From positions 1 to 32,921 of IMG/VR virus record IMGVR_UViG_3300046778_000301: a stretch of 32,921 nt of DNA, one strand, 5' to 3'. Source of the DNA: a virus (taxonomy: Duplodnaviria; Caudoviricetes). Below are positions 1-10,166 of this stretch, piece by piece (the first letter of the stretch is position 1; every line of letters starts with the position of its first letter). The notes under the pieces were generated by a model. That model was not told where the DNA came from. It searched no databases and was given only the letters and a program-made list of their open reading frames with translations. Position numbers and translations under genes: made by a program.

Positions 1-19
1 ACCTTACACCCCTTACACT

Positions 20-676
20 ATGCAAAAAAACCCTGACGCTTCACTGACACCTGAGAATGGATTGTGGCTGAGTGTGACGGCGCTTGCGGATTTGAAAGGT
101 GTGACAAAGCAAACGATCGGCGAGAAGGTTAAGCGTCTTGAGCGCGATGGTCTCTTGCTTGGGCAGTGCGAAGGGCGGGGAAAGCCTAAGCTGATTAATG
201 TTGCGGCATATGATCGCGCTGTGGGTGAAACAACAGATTTAATGCGTGAGCAGGGTGCTGCGACAAAAAAAGCAGTACAAGCAGCGCAAGTGCCTGTTTC
301 GGTGGCTGATGGTGCAAACCCTGTTTATTCGGCGGAGCAAGCCCGTCATATGGCGCTTAAGGCGGATATGGCGCAACTTGATCTTGATGAGCGCCTTCGC
401 AAGCTTTTGTTGCTGCATGAAGTCACAGAGGCAATGACTGAGTGCGCTGAGGCAATGGTCAGAGCGATTGATCAAATATCAACCCACGCAGAGGCGATTG
501 CCGATGCGGTAGGGAAAGGCGGGGTCAATGGCGCACGAGGCAAGCTTAAAGAGATTGCCCGTGAGTTAAGAGACACAGTATCTCAATCAATGCGCTTGGT
601 TGCAGAATCTGCAAATGAAACCAAGCAGATTGATGATGAGGTGCAGAGCCAAGCAAGCGATGGTTACAACACATGA
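20..676 (+). CDS. terS: Terminase small subunit (Nu1-like, N-terminal winged HTH)
   Basis: N-terminal HTH-like segment (LSVTALADLKGVTKQTIGEKVKRL) and coiled-coil C-terminus; overlaps the terL start (ATGA). The frame is open back to position 2, so the true start could lie upstream of the window. Confidence 0.75.
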   Translation: MQKNPDASLTPENGLWLSVTALADLKGVTKQTIGEKVKRLERDGLLLGQCEGRGKPKLINVAAYDRAVGETTDLMREQGAATKKAVQAAQVPVSVADGANPVYSAEQARHMALKADMAQLDLDERLRKLLLLHEVTEAMTECAEAMVRAIDQISTHAEAIADAVGKGGVNGARGKLKEIARELRDTVSQSMRLVAESANETKQIDDEVQSQASDGYNT

Positions 677-2694
677 GCCACCCTTCTGCGCTTAAAATTA
701 TTGCAGAGATATTTGCAAACATTTTAGCGCCGTCCACACCAATGTTGCCGTCGGTATGGGCTGCGCAACACTTGATTGTGCCTGATGGTGTAAAGCAAGG
801 GCAAAAATGGGACGTGAAGCTCACATCTTACATTTGTGAGCCGCTCGATATGTTAGCGGCTGATTGTCCTGTGAATGAAATTGCAGTGCGAAAAAGCGCA
901 CAAACAGGGTTTACAACACTGATTATGGCTGCCGTTGGCTATAAAATAGACCGTGAACCTTGCAATATTATGATTATTCAGCCTACGGATTCAGCGCTGA
1001 CAGATTTTAACACACAAAAGCTTGATCCTGCGATCAAGCAAACAGCACCTCTCGCAAATAAAGTTGCGGGGCAAGCTTCACGCTCTGGAAAGGGGTCAAC
1101 AACTTATTCTAAGCGCTTTGCGGGTGGCTTTTTAACACTTGCAATCGCCACATCTGCGGCTGATTTGCGTTCAAAATCGGTAAAAGATTTATTTCGAGAT
1201 GAAATTGATCAATATCCAGATGATCTTGATGGGCAAGGTGATCCGCTTGAGCTTTCAAACGGGCGTCAAATGTCTTTTCTTTCGTCTGGAGATTGGAAAC
1301 GCATCGATATTTCAACACCGACGATTAAAGGTGAAAGTAAAATTGATGCGCGTTTTCTTGAAGGTGATCAGCGTTATCTATTTGTAAAATGCCCTGGATG
1401 CAGTTCACCTGTAAAGTTTGAGTGGGGCGATAACTTTAAATTTGAAAAAGAATACCCTTATAAAGCGTTTTATGTCGCGCCGTGTTGTGGTCAAGTCATT
1501 GAAAGTCATCAGCGCACGCGCCTTGTGTGTGAAGCGGTTGAGCTCAAAAAAAATGGCGAGCCATTTGGCTGGCAACCCACTGCATCACGAGCTGGGGCTT
1601 TTCCAAGTTATCACTTTGATAGCTTGTCATCGCCCTTTGTGCCGTGGGATCAGATCGCTAAAGCGTTTGTGGAATGTCGTGATGATCCGCTAAGGATCAA
1701 ATCATTTTACAACATTTGGCTTGGTTTGCCTTATGAAATGAAGGGTGATGCGCCCGATCATGAACGCCTGATGTTGCGGCGTGATGAGAGCCTTAAGCGC
1801 TATCACATTCCGCCAAAAGGTTTGCTGCTCGTCGCTTCGGCGGATGTTCAAATGCGCGGGCTCTGGGTTGAGGTGACGGCATACGCGCCCGATGGTCAAT
1901 CATGGGTTGTTGATGCAGATTATCTTGAAGGCGACACCTCGGATGCAAGCGCAGGTGCGTTTTTACTCCTTAAAGAGCGCGTACTTGAGCGTGATTATGC
2001 AGATGCATTTGGAGGTTTAAGACGTGTTGATGCACTGGCTATCGATTCAGGGTATCGATCGCATATCGTTTATTCATTTGTGCGGGCTCACCAGCGCCCA
2101 AACCCTTTAACGGGGCGCGATGTTGTTCTTGCAATTAAAGGGCTTGATGGCTGGACTCGACCAGCTATAGGGCAGCCAACGCTTGTTGATGTTGATCTTA
2201 ACGGCAAGCGTATCAAACAAGGTGCGCGTGTGTGGCCTATTGGCACGTGGTCTTTGAAGGGTGCATTTTATCAGCACCTCAATAAAGAGGGGCTTCGCGC
2301 AGGGAATGACTGCGACCCACCGGGTATGTGCCATTTTGGGCTGTGGATGGATGAAAACTACTTTCGTCAAATCACGGCGGAATATTTGGTTGAAGATCGG
2401 GTGCGTGGGCGTTCGATTAACCGTTGGCAAATCCGTCCAAACCAAACAGACAACCATTTTTTAGACGCTCGCGTTTATAATATGGCGCTTGCAGAATACT
2501 TAGGGCTTTCAAGTACCACGCCTGAGCAATGGGCAAATCTTGCACGCATTCGAGGTATTCCAGAGGCGGCGCGAGAGCAAAACTTATTCACTGCGTCGGC
2601 AGAACGTGATGAACCGACATCTCTTAAAAAAGAAATAAAACACTCTCATGCTGATCGCAATGATTGGCTGGGTGGGCGTGATAGGAACTGGTGA
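673..2694 (+). CDS. terL: Terminase large subunit, lambda GpA family
   Basis: Walker A variant KSAQTGFT, Walker B FRDEID, coupling motif ISTPT, CPGC..CC zinc region, nuclease motifs ADVQ, IDSGY and DNHFLD. Confidence 0.95.
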   Translation: MSHPSALKIIAEIFANILAPSTPMLPSVWAAQHLIVPDGVKQGQKWDVKLTSYICEPLDMLAADCPVNEIAVRKSAQTGFTTLIMAAVGYKIDREPCNIMIIQPTDSALTDFNTQKLDPAIKQTAPLANKVAGQASRSGKGSTTYSKRFAGGFLTLAIATSAADLRSKSVKDLFRDEIDQYPDDLDGQGDPLELSNGRQMSFLSSGDWKRIDISTPTIKGESKIDARFLEGDQRYLFVKCPGCSSPVKFEWGDNFKFEKEYPYKAFYVAPCCGQVIESHQRTRLVCEAVELKKNGEPFGWQPTASRAGAFPSYHFDSLSSPFVPWDQIAKAFVECRDDPLRIKSFYNIWLGLPYEMKGDAPDHERLMLRRDESLKRYHIPPKGLLLVASADVQMRGLWVEVTAYAPDGQSWVVDADYLEGDTSDASAGAFLLLKERVLERDYADAFGGLRRVDALAIDSGYRSHIVYSFVRAHQRPNPLTGRDVVLAIKGLDGWTRPAIGQPTLVDVDLNGKRIKQGARVWPIGTWSLKGAFYQHLNKEGLRAGNDCDPPGMCHFGLWMDENYFRQITAEYLVEDRVRGRSINRWQIRPNQTDNHFLDARVYNMALAEYLGLSSTTPEQWANLARIRGIPEAAREQNLFTASAERDEPTSLKKEIKHSHADRNDWLGGRDRNW

Positions 2695-2695
2695 C

Positions 2696-2893
2696 ATGGC
2701 AACAGCAGATGATATTTTAAAACTTGAAGCGGCAATTGCCAGCGGCGCAAAAATTGTAGAATACGAATCGGGCAATGAGCGACGCAAGGTTGAATATCGC
2801 TCACAAACAGATATGGAGCGTGCTCTTGGGGCGCTCAAAGCCAAGATTACGCCAGTTTCGCGTATTGCTTATACTGAACATAGCCGGGATTAA
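2696..2893 (+). CDS. Head-tail joining protein, gpW-like (65 aa)
   Basis: ATG at 2696 immediately after the terL stop, with AGGA upstream; LEAAIASGAKIVEY...VEYRS pattern; lies between terL and portal. Confidence 0.8.
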   Translation: MATADDILKLEAAIASGAKIVEYESGNERRKVEYRSQTDMERALGALKAKITPVSRIAYTEHSRD

Positions 2894-2895
2894 TC

Positions 2896-4422
2896 ATGAC
2901 ACCTTTTTTACGTGCTCTCGCTTGGGTTGCGCCACAAGCTGCCCTGAACCGTGCGCGTGCGCAAATGGTACTGCGGCAAGCTGAAGCTTATGACGGTGCA
3001 ATTAAAGGGCGTCGCGGGTCATCTTTTCGCAGTTATGGACAAACGAGCGCCAACAGTGCGCTTTCTGGAGCTTTGCCAGCGCTGCGTGAGCGATCACGTG
3101 AAATCGTGCGCACCACATGGATTGGCGCACGGGCGCTTGATATTCTCACAGCTCAAACTGTGGGCACAGGTATTACCGTGCGTTTTGATACGGGCTCACG
3201 CCGTTTGGATGCGCAGGTGCAGGCGCTTTGGGATGATTGGTGCGCATCCTGTGATATTGAACGTGTGCTTGATTTTGGCGGGTTGCAAGCCATGGCTTAT
3301 CGCGCGGCGATGGAGGGTGGTGATTGTGTGATCCGCATGATTGCGCGTCGCTTTGATGACCGATCACGCCCCGTTCCGCTTGCGCTGCAAGTGAATGAAG
3401 GTGACTGGATCGACGAAACAAAAGATAGCGCAGGGCTAACAACGCGCCGCGATAAAGGGCGAGCGCGTTTAGGCGTTGAACTGGGAGATTTTGACGAGCG
3501 TAAAGGGCTGTGGCTGCACACGAGTGCGCCGGGCGAGAATATCAGTTTAAGCGGCGGTTACGCGCAGTCGCAATTTTACTCACGTGCGGATGTGTGCCAC
3601 CTTTACCGCCCGCTTCGCCCCGGACAGGTGCGCGGCGTGCCAGTTTTTGCCCCTGTTTTGATGACGGCGCGTGATTATGCCGATTTTATGGATGCGCTTG
3701 TTGTTAAAGCGCGGATGGAAGCGTGCATCGGGTTGATTATTACAAAATCAGATTCGTCAACGGGATTAGCAGGAAGCGCGGCAAAAACGGGGCAAGAACG
3801 CACTGAAAGCCTTAAACCTGGTGCGCAGATTTATTTTGAACCAGGTGAAGAGGTCAAAGAATTTAATCCTGCTTCAACATCGCAAGTTGATGCGGTTTCA
3901 GTCCAAGCTCTGATGGGTATCGCGGCTGGCGTGGGTATCACCTACGATCAACTGACGGGTGATTTGCGCCAAGCCAATTATTCGTCGTTGCGCGCGGGTA
4001 AAATTGAGGTTCGGCGTTTGGCTGAACAGCATCAATATTTGATGCTCATCCCCATGATGCTGGATCGCATTGTCGAGCGGTTTTTAGAGGTTGCCATTGC
4101 AACAGAAAAGCTAAGGGCGCGAATCGGCGGTTATAAAAGGCACTATTTGCCACCAGCGAATGAGCCTATTGATCCGCGCAAAGATTTAGAAGCCGACATT
4201 CTCGCCGTGCGCTCTGGTCGCCTGTCGCCGCAAGACTTTATCGGCGCATGGGGTAGAGATTGGCGCGAAGTCATTGGGGAATACCAAGACTTTTTTAAAG
4301 AAATCGACGCGCAAGGGCTTGTTTTTGACATTGACCCACGCCGCGTTGCGCAAAGCGGAAAAACACAAGCATCAACGCCAGCGGGCAATGATGTTGATGA
4401 AAAAACGGATCAAAACCAATGA
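2896..4422 (+). CDS. Portal protein, lambda family
   Basis: LRERSR, RPGQVRGVP, GITYDQLTGDLRQANYSSLR and IDPRKD motifs; 508 aa; synteny. Confidence 0.95.
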   Translation: MTPFLRALAWVAPQAALNRARAQMVLRQAEAYDGAIKGRRGSSFRSYGQTSANSALSGALPALRERSREIVRTTWIGARALDILTAQTVGTGITVRFDTGSRRLDAQVQALWDDWCASCDIERVLDFGGLQAMAYRAAMEGGDCVIRMIARRFDDRSRPVPLALQVNEGDWIDETKDSAGLTTRRDKGRARLGVELGDFDERKGLWLHTSAPGENISLSGGYAQSQFYSRADVCHLYRPLRPGQVRGVPVFAPVLMTARDYADFMDALVVKARMEACIGLIITKSDSSTGLAGSAAKTGQERTESLKPGAQIYFEPGEEVKEFNPASTSQVDAVSVQALMGIAAGVGITYDQLTGDLRQANYSSLRAGKIEVRRLAEQHQYLMLIPMMLDRIVERFLEVAIATEKLRARIGGYKRHYLPPANEPIDPRKDLEADILAVRSGRLSPQDFIGAWGRDWREVIGEYQDFFKEIDAQGLVFDIDPRRVAQSGKTQASTPAGNDVDEKTDQNQ

Positions 4423-6401
4423 CTTTAGAACACATCAACCGAGATGCTATTCCAAGCACAATGACGCGCTTTGCGTCTTTTGCGCCTGCAAGTTACAATT
4501 CAAAAACACGCACGGTTGATGCAATATTTGCCACAGGTGCGCCTGTTAAGCGCTATGGTTGGTATATTGAAGAACTTGCCATGGAAAGTGACGCAATCAA
4601 TTTGCAACGTGCTGCTGAAGGGCGCATGTCTTTGCTTTTCAATCACGATGTTGATTTGCCAATTGGTGTTGTTGAAGAAGCGCGGCTTGAAGTGGGTGTT
4701 TTGAAAGGTCGTTTGCGGTTCAACGATAATGAAATCGGGCACAGCTATGAGGGCATGGTGTCGCGTGGTGAGCTGAGCGGCATTTCAATTGGCTACCGTA
4801 TTGATGCGCGTTCTCTTGTATCCGAAGGCGGTAGCACCGAAACGTGGCGCATGACACGTTGGGAGCTTTTAGAGGTTTCCCTTGTCACAGTTCCTGCCGA
4901 TGCAGGGGCTAAAATTCGTTCAAACCCCATTTTTAACCCTGAATCAGGTCAAGAGACCCGATCAACCTTTAAGGAGTCTGCGATGCCCGAAGCACGCAAT
5001 GAGACCGTGTCTGCGGTTAATCCGTCAGACGAAATTACACAGGCAACGCCCGTTGAAACACGTGCGCAAGCACAAAATACCCCTCCAACGCTTGACGCAA
5101 AAGCCGTGTTGCTTGCTGAACGCAAGCGCATTAGCGCAATCAATGATGTTGCGTCCCGCGTAAACAATATGCGCCCTGATGTTATGGGGGCTGCGGATAT
5201 TGATAACGCAATCAATGAGGGTTTGTCTGTCGATGCATTTCGGCATATTGCGTTCGATCGTATGGCAAGCCAAGACGAGGCGCGTGAGACCAGAAGCGTG
5301 CGTGTCGAGCGCGATGCGAATGAGACCCGCGCAATCGCAATGACAGAGGCTATGGCGCACCGTATGGGCGCAACTGGTGAGTTGAGCGAGCCTGCGCGTG
5401 AATATGCTGGACGTTCAATCGTTGAACTCGCTGCTATCCATGTTGGACATCGCGGATTTTTATCAAGTCCGCGCGATAAAGAGGCTGTGCTTGATGATGC
5501 TTTTGGACGACGTTCTGGTGGCTCACACACGTTGTCTGATTTCCCGATTTTATTTGAAAATGCAATGAATCGCGCTCTTCAAGCCCGTTATAACATTGCG
5601 CAATCTTCTTATCGCAGGATTGCGAGGCAAAGAACTTATGTCGATTTTAGAGATCACCACAGCGTGCGTTTTGGCGATTTTCCAACACTTCAGCCTATCC
5701 AAGAGGGCGGCGAAATCAAGGGCGGCACGCTTGTTGAAGCGCGTGAAAGAACCCGCGTTACGCCTTATGGTGTCTCTTTTGCAATCACGCGCCAAATGCT
5801 TGTGAACGACTCGCTTGGCGGGATTGATCGTGCGCTGAATACATATGGCGATCGCGTGATGCAATTCGAGGATAAAACATTTTATTCAATGCTGACATCT
5901 GGTGTGGCAAGCAATGGGCCAACGCTTATTGAAGGCAATGCACAAGTTTTTGCAGCAGGGCGCAACAACCTTGCTGGTGCCGGCACGGTGATTGATGTTG
6001 CTGCCCTTGATGCTGGGCGTAAAGCACTGCGCAAACAAACTAACCTTGATGGCGAGCCGCTTGATATTACGCCAAAAATTATTCTTGTATCCCCAGATAG
6101 AGAGACGCAGGCGCAGCAGCTTCTTGCTCCACTGCAAGCTGCGCAAGCTTCAAATGTCAACCCCTTCACAGCGACACTTCAAATTATTGCAACAGCGCGT
6201 CTGACGGGTAATGCGTGGTATTTATTTGAATCCCCTGATATTTTGCCGTGCTTTGAGTGGGGTCTGCTTGAAGGCTATACTGCGCCGCGTATGCGCCTTG
6301 AATCGCCATTCGGCACGCAAGGTTTAAGCGTCTCGCTTGAACATGATTTTGGGTGCGGCGCAATTGATTTCCGTGGCGCGTATCGCAACCCCGGTGCTTA
6401 A
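4419..6401 (+). CDS. Fused HK97-type prohead protease / scaffold / major capsid protein
   Basis: Protease motifs LLFNHD, GISIGY and WELLEVSLVTVPAD in the first ~165 aa; low-complexity linker; capsid part from HTLSDFPILFEN to DFGCGAIDFRGAYRNPGA. Confidence 0.9.
   Translation: MTLEHINRDAIPSTMTRFASFAPASYNSKTRTVDAIFATGAPVKRYGWYIEELAMESDAINLQRAAEGRMSLLFNHDVDLPIGVVEEARLEVGVLKGRLRFNDNEIGHSYEGMVSRGELSGISIGYRIDARSLVSEGGSTETWRMTRWELLEVSLVTVPADAGAKIRSNPIFNPESGQETRSTFKESAMPEARNETVSAVNPSDEITQATPVETRAQAQNTPPTLDAKAVLLAERKRISAINDVASRVNNMRPDVMGAADIDNAINEGLSVDAFRHIAFDRMASQDEARETRSVRVERDANETRAIAMTEAMAHRMGATGELSEPAREYAGRSIVELAAIHVGHRGFLSSPRDKEAVLDDAFGRRSGGSHTLSDFPILFENAMNRALQARYNIAQSSYRRIARQRTYVDFRDHHSVRFGDFPTLQPIQEGGEIKGGTLVEARERTRVTPYGVSFAITRQMLVNDSLGGIDRALNTYGDRVMQFEDKTFYSMLTSGVASNGPTLIEGNAQVFAAGRNNLAGAGTVIDVAALDAGRKALRKQTNLDGEPLDITPKIILVSPDRETQAQQLLAPLQAAQASNVNPFTATLQIIATARLTGNAWYLFESPDILPCFEWGLLEGYTAPRMRLESPFGTQGLSVSLEHDFGCGAIDFRGAYRNPGA
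4971..4985 (+). promoter_or_regulatory. Internal ribosome-binding site and in-frame ATG (nested scaffold-capsid start)
   Basis: AAGGAG at 4971-4976, 6-nt spacer, ATG at 4983 in frame with 4419 (MPEARNE...), at the end of the protease domain. Confidence 0.65.
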
Positions 6402-6447
6402 GCTGCTCCATTAAAATTTAAAAATCCATAAAATAAGGACAGTCAAA

Positions 6448-6789
6448 ATGGCTAAAAACTATATTCAAGAAGGCGAAGTGCTCGATATGATCGCCCCCTC
6501 TGGGGGCGTTGTGAGCGGCACGGGGTATCTTATCGGTTCTCTTTTTGGCGTTGCGCAGGTCACAGCAGCGGTAGGTGAAACGTTCACATTGCTAACCTGC
6601 GGTGTGTTTTCTTTAACCACAGCTTCGGGTGCTGGCACGGACTGGACGGCAGGAACAAAAGTGTATTGGGATAACACCGCTAAGAATGTGACCAAAACCC
6701 CCACGAGCAACACATTCATAGGCTTTGGGATTGCCGCAAAAGCGACAGCAGATACAACCGCAATTGTTCGCTTGCAGTTGGTTGGTTAG
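6448..6789 (+). CDS. DUF2190-family capsid decoration/cement protein
   Basis: MAKNYIQEGEVL..APSGGVVSG...IGSLFGVA and G.KVYWD patterns; directly after the capsid gene; SD AAGGA. Confidence 0.8.
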   Translation: MAKNYIQEGEVLDMIAPSGGVVSGTGYLIGSLFGVAQVTAAVGETFTLLTCGVFSLTTASGAGTDWTAGTKVYWDNTAKNVTKTPTSNTFIGFGIAAKATADTTAIVRLQLVG

Positions 6790-6791
6790 TT

Positions 6792-7199
6792 ATGGCTTCC
6801 CCCTTCGACTCCCTTGATCTAATGATTCAGGGAGTCGTTGACAATCATTTTGGCGAAAGTTTTCGCTTTGATCCAATGCGTGCTTCAAACAATGTCAATG
6901 CGCCATGTGTTGTAGATAGCTCGCGCCCAATTGTGACGGCGCTTGCTGTATTTCATGCCACAGCTACCCGATTTGATGCAGGGCCTTCTTATGGCAATGT
7001 GTATGCGTCGCAAAGCCCAGGGCTTACCTCGGCGCGTCCGCAAGTCACGGTTCAAACATCCGCTCTAGGGTGGATGCCGCGTGTGAGTGACCGTCTTGTG
7101 CGTATCTCGGATAGCACTGCATGGCGTGTGAGTGAAGTTTATTCTGATGGCAATGGACAGCGCATCAAGCTTGATTTAAACGAAGAGAAACCCGCATGA
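6792..7199 (+). CDS. Putative head closure / head-tail joining protein
   Basis: Position, size (135 aa) and beta-rich C-terminal pattern (PRVSDRL..WRVSEV.SDG.G..KL.L). Confidence 0.55.
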   Translation: MASPFDSLDLMIQGVVDNHFGESFRFDPMRASNNVNAPCVVDSSRPIVTALAVFHATATRFDAGPSYGNVYASQSPGLTSARPQVTVQTSALGWMPRVSDRLVRISDSTAWRVSEVYSDGNGQRIKLDLNEEKPA

Positions 7200-7918
7200 G
7201 TTATGCACGCATTGCGCTGCGCTTAGCTGCACTTGAGGCGCTTTGCCCTCAAACAGCAATTGAAGCCAACACAGGATATCCCACTTATGCGGGTGGCAAT
7301 GTGTTTGACACACGCTTACGTCCACTCACACGCGATGAACAGCGTCTCATGCGTTATGCGCTCTCGGTTTATGTAAATGATGATAAAGCCGAGACCGCGC
7401 ATCGGGGTGGCATACCTTTCAAGCGTACGCTTGGGCTTGAAATTGTGCTGATGGTGATTGGCGCAAGCAATGAAGAAGCAATGCTTGAAGCGCACACTGA
7501 TGCGCTTGACGGGCAAGTGCGTTATGCCCTGCTTTATGGCGCAAAAGGTTTTCAATTTCGCCAACTCACGGGCAATTTGATTTTAAATATTGAAAGCGAA
7601 ACTGAGCGCGGCGCTGAGGAAGCGATGATGAGCATCACGCGCGTGCTGCGTTTTGAGTGTGAAGTGCCTGATGATCAATTTGATCTCAACCCTGCGTCTG
7701 CACCATCAGGTGCTGCACGCATTCCTGAACCCTTGTTTGGTGTTTTAAGCAGCTTAAGCGGCGGCTCTTTTGCGCAAAGCATTGGCGTTGCGCTGCAAAA
7801 CGGTGCGCCTGTCATACCTGTGCTGCCTGCTTTAACGACCGTTCAGATCGTGATTGATCCTGATCCGCCGTCTGCCACGGGCGACACGATTGTCGCGTCT
7901 GTGACGTTGCCGACTTAA
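7196..7918 (+). CDS. Putative tail completion/terminator protein
   Basis: Synteny before the sheath; N-terminal T.AGGNVFDTRL.P pattern seen in neck/terminator proteins. Confidence 0.5.
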   Translation: MSYARIALRLAALEALCPQTAIEANTGYPTYAGGNVFDTRLRPLTRDEQRLMRYALSVYVNDDKAETAHRGGIPFKRTLGLEIVLMVIGASNEEAMLEAHTDALDGQVRYALLYGAKGFQFRQLTGNLILNIESETERGAEEAMMSITRVLRFECEVPDDQFDLNPASAPSGAARIPEPLFGVLSSLSGGSFAQSIGVALQNGAPVIPVLPALTTVQIVIDPDPPSATGDTIVASVTLPT

Positions 7919-7947
7919 GGCGCACCAAAAGGTGCGCCTTCTTTTTT
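7917..7947 (+). terminator. Intrinsic terminator between head/neck and tail genes
   Basis: Perfect 10-bp stem AAGGCGCACC-AAAA-GGTGCGCCTT followed by CTTTTTT. Confidence 0.8.
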
Positions 7948-7992
7948 GAACCAACAGCGCCGCAAAACATAAAAAATCAAAAAGAGGACACA

Positions 7993-8247
7993 ATGGATAC
8001 TGCTTTTATTAAACCCGCTTCTCATCCAGAGACGGGCAAGACCTTTCCTATTCGATTTCCAGTTCCAAATAACTCACGGCTTTTAAGCGCTGAGGGTGAA
8101 TACGTTGCTCTTGATGGCTACTGGCAACAGCGCATTGCGCATCGGGATGTGATAATCACATCCCCACCCGCAGACCCCGTGCCTCTCATTGAATCTGACA
8201 CACATGCACGAAAAAAAACGCCCCGGGCTGACGAGGAGAAATCATAA
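7993..8247 (+). CDS. DUF2635 (Mu gp38-like) small tail protein
   Basis: L.AEGEYV..DGYWQQRIAHRDV motif; directly upstream of the sheath; SD AGAGGA. Confidence 0.75.
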   Translation: MDTAFIKPASHPETGKTFPIRFPVPNNSRLLSAEGEYVALDGYWQQRIAHRDVIITSPPADPVPLIESDTHARKKTPRADEEKS

Positions 8248-9749
8248 TGGTTGTGGCTTTTAATGCAATTCCGGGAAATAATTTAGTTCCCTTTTTTTAT
8301 GCCGAAATTAACTCTGGAGGCACACCTTACGAGGGGCAATCACGCCTCTTGTTGCTTGGTCAAGAAACATCGGCTGGTACTGCGCCTGTCAATGTGCCTG
8401 TAGGCCCTATTCAATCAGAAGCTGAGGCAATCAGTTATTTTGGTGTTGGCTCAATGCTTGTGTCGATGTTTAACAAGGCACGCAATGCAGCGCCCTTTCA
8501 GCCGATTTGGGCATTGCCGCTTGCTGATCCTGCTGGCACAGCTGCCACATGCACGATCACGGTGAACACAGCGCCGCTTGCGGCGGGTGTGGCAACCTTT
8601 GGCTTTTTAGGTTTTCAAGTTTCTATTCAGGTCAATGCGGCGGATACCACAACACAGATTGCAACAACAATTCGCGACAACATCAACGCGCTGAATATTC
8701 CAATTACAGCCACATCATCCGCAGGCGTTGTGACGGTGACATCACGTCATACGGGTGCGACAAATAACGGTATTGAAGTTTTGCTTCTCACGGGCATTTC
8801 GGGTTTGCCCAACATCTTAGCAGGGCGCGTGACAATTACGGCTATGGCTGGTGGCGCAGGTGTGCCAGCGCTTGCAACGGGCTTGGCTGCGCTGGGTGAT
8901 GAAGAATTTGACTGGATTTGCGGGCCTTATTCCGACACCACATCGCTCAATAGCATACGTGACTTTTTAAGCGATGTTGGCACGGGGCGCTGGTCACCTC
9001 TTAAGCAGACATACGGGCACTATATCACCGCAAGTTATGGCTCTCTTGGCACGCTTGTTGCGCTTGGCAATGGACGCAATGATCGCCACACAAGCATTAT
9101 CGGCTCGCAAACGCGCCCCAATCCTTTGTGGGATGTGGCAGCTGCGGTTGGCGGGATTACTGCTGAGCATCTCACGGATGCGCCTGAACTTTCGCGTCCA
9201 CTGCAAACTTTGCGCGTTCCGGGGATTTTACCGCCCCGCGATAAAAGCTTGTGGTTTGATACAACATCGCGTCAAGCGCTTTACGTCGATGGTATTGGCG
9301 CACTCAAAAACCTTGCAGATGGTACAGTTGTCATTGATCGGCTTGTCACTACAGAACAGCTTAACAGCGCAGGCGTGCCAGATGGCACATTCCGAGACAT
9401 TGAAACTGCTGGTCAAGTGATGTATCTCACGCGCTATTTTAAAGTTGCAGTGAGCAACAATCACTCGCGCCAAGCGTTGGCGAATGATAACCCATCGGGG
9501 CTTCAAAGCATTGCGACTCCAAGGTCTGTACGCAATACGTTGTGCCACGCTGCAAGAGAGCTGCAAGCGCTTGGTGTTGTTGAAAGCGCTGATGAATTTG
9601 CGGCGCGTGTGGTTGTGGAGCGCGATCTTAACAACGCAACACGCCTCAATGCTTACATTCCTGTTGATGTGGTCAATCAGTTGCGCGTATTTGCGGCAAA
9701 TATCACTGTATTTTTGGAATATCAAAAGCAGGCACAAGAAGCGGCGTAA
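8247..9749 (+). CDS. Contractile tail sheath protein (Mu gpL-like)
   Basis: FNAIPGN.LVPFFYAE, FGVGSML, SRPLQTL, DRLVTT and DVVNQLRVFA motifs; 500 aa. Confidence 0.95.
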   Translation: MVVAFNAIPGNNLVPFFYAEINSGGTPYEGQSRLLLLGQETSAGTAPVNVPVGPIQSEAEAISYFGVGSMLVSMFNKARNAAPFQPIWALPLADPAGTAATCTITVNTAPLAAGVATFGFLGFQVSIQVNAADTTTQIATTIRDNINALNIPITATSSAGVVTVTSRHTGATNNGIEVLLLTGISGLPNILAGRVTITAMAGGAGVPALATGLAALGDEEFDWICGPYSDTTSLNSIRDFLSDVGTGRWSPLKQTYGHYITASYGSLGTLVALGNGRNDRHTSIIGSQTRPNPLWDVAAAVGGITAEHLTDAPELSRPLQTLRVPGILPPRDKSLWFDTTSRQALYVDGIGALKNLADGTVVIDRLVTTEQLNSAGVPDGTFRDIETAGQVMYLTRYFKVAVSNNHSRQALANDNPSGLQSIATPRSVRNTLCHAARELQALGVVESADEFAARVVVERDLNNATRLNAYIPVDVVNQLRVFAANITVFLEYQKQAQEAA

Positions 9750-9764
9750 GGCGCGGCTTTTTTT
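9739..9764 (+). terminator. Possible weak terminator/attenuator after the sheath gene
   Basis: AAGCGGCG-TAAGG-CGCGGCTT stem with one G.G mismatch, followed by a T run. Confidence 0.35.
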
Positions 9765-9791
9765 ATTATTCACTTTATCAGGAGTTTAATC

Positions 9792-10166
9792 ATGGCGATT
9801 TCCACATTCGGTGGGCGCATTGAGGTTAAAATTGGCACGACGATCTATAAAGCGCGTGGCGATATCACCATCATGCCCACTTCCTTTGAAACAACAGCCG
9901 AGGCAAACCAAGACGGCTCGGTGTATGCCACACGCAAAAACATGCCCCGTGAGGCTGAAATGACGTTTCAGCTTGAAGCAGGCGAGCGCTGGAATGTGAC
10001 AGAGCAATCAAGCCTGAATGTGACGATTCAAGAGGAATCATCTGGGCGCACACATCAATTCACGGATGCGGTTGTGACAGGACGCCCAAGTGTTAATTTG
10101 TCAAATGGTGAAGTGTCGGGCTTAAAAATCGCATCAGCACTCTACAGCGTTTTTGGAGATAATTGA
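9792..10166 (+). CDS. Tail tube protein (Mu gpM-like)
   Basis: Follows the sheath; 124 aa, beta-rich; SD AGGAG. Confidence 0.8.
   Translation: MAISTFGGRIEVKIGTTIYKARGDITIMPTSFETTAEANQDGSVYATRKNMPREAEMTFQLEAGERWNVTEQSSLNVTIQEESSGRTHQFTDAVVTGRPSVNLSNGEVSGLKIASALYSVFGDN

Noticed and set aside
4949-9773. Long antisense ORFs (e.g. 4949-5530 and 9228-9773) and other shadow ORFs in the track
   Set aside because: They lie opposite well-supported structural genes, show no recognisable motifs, and are expected from codon bias.
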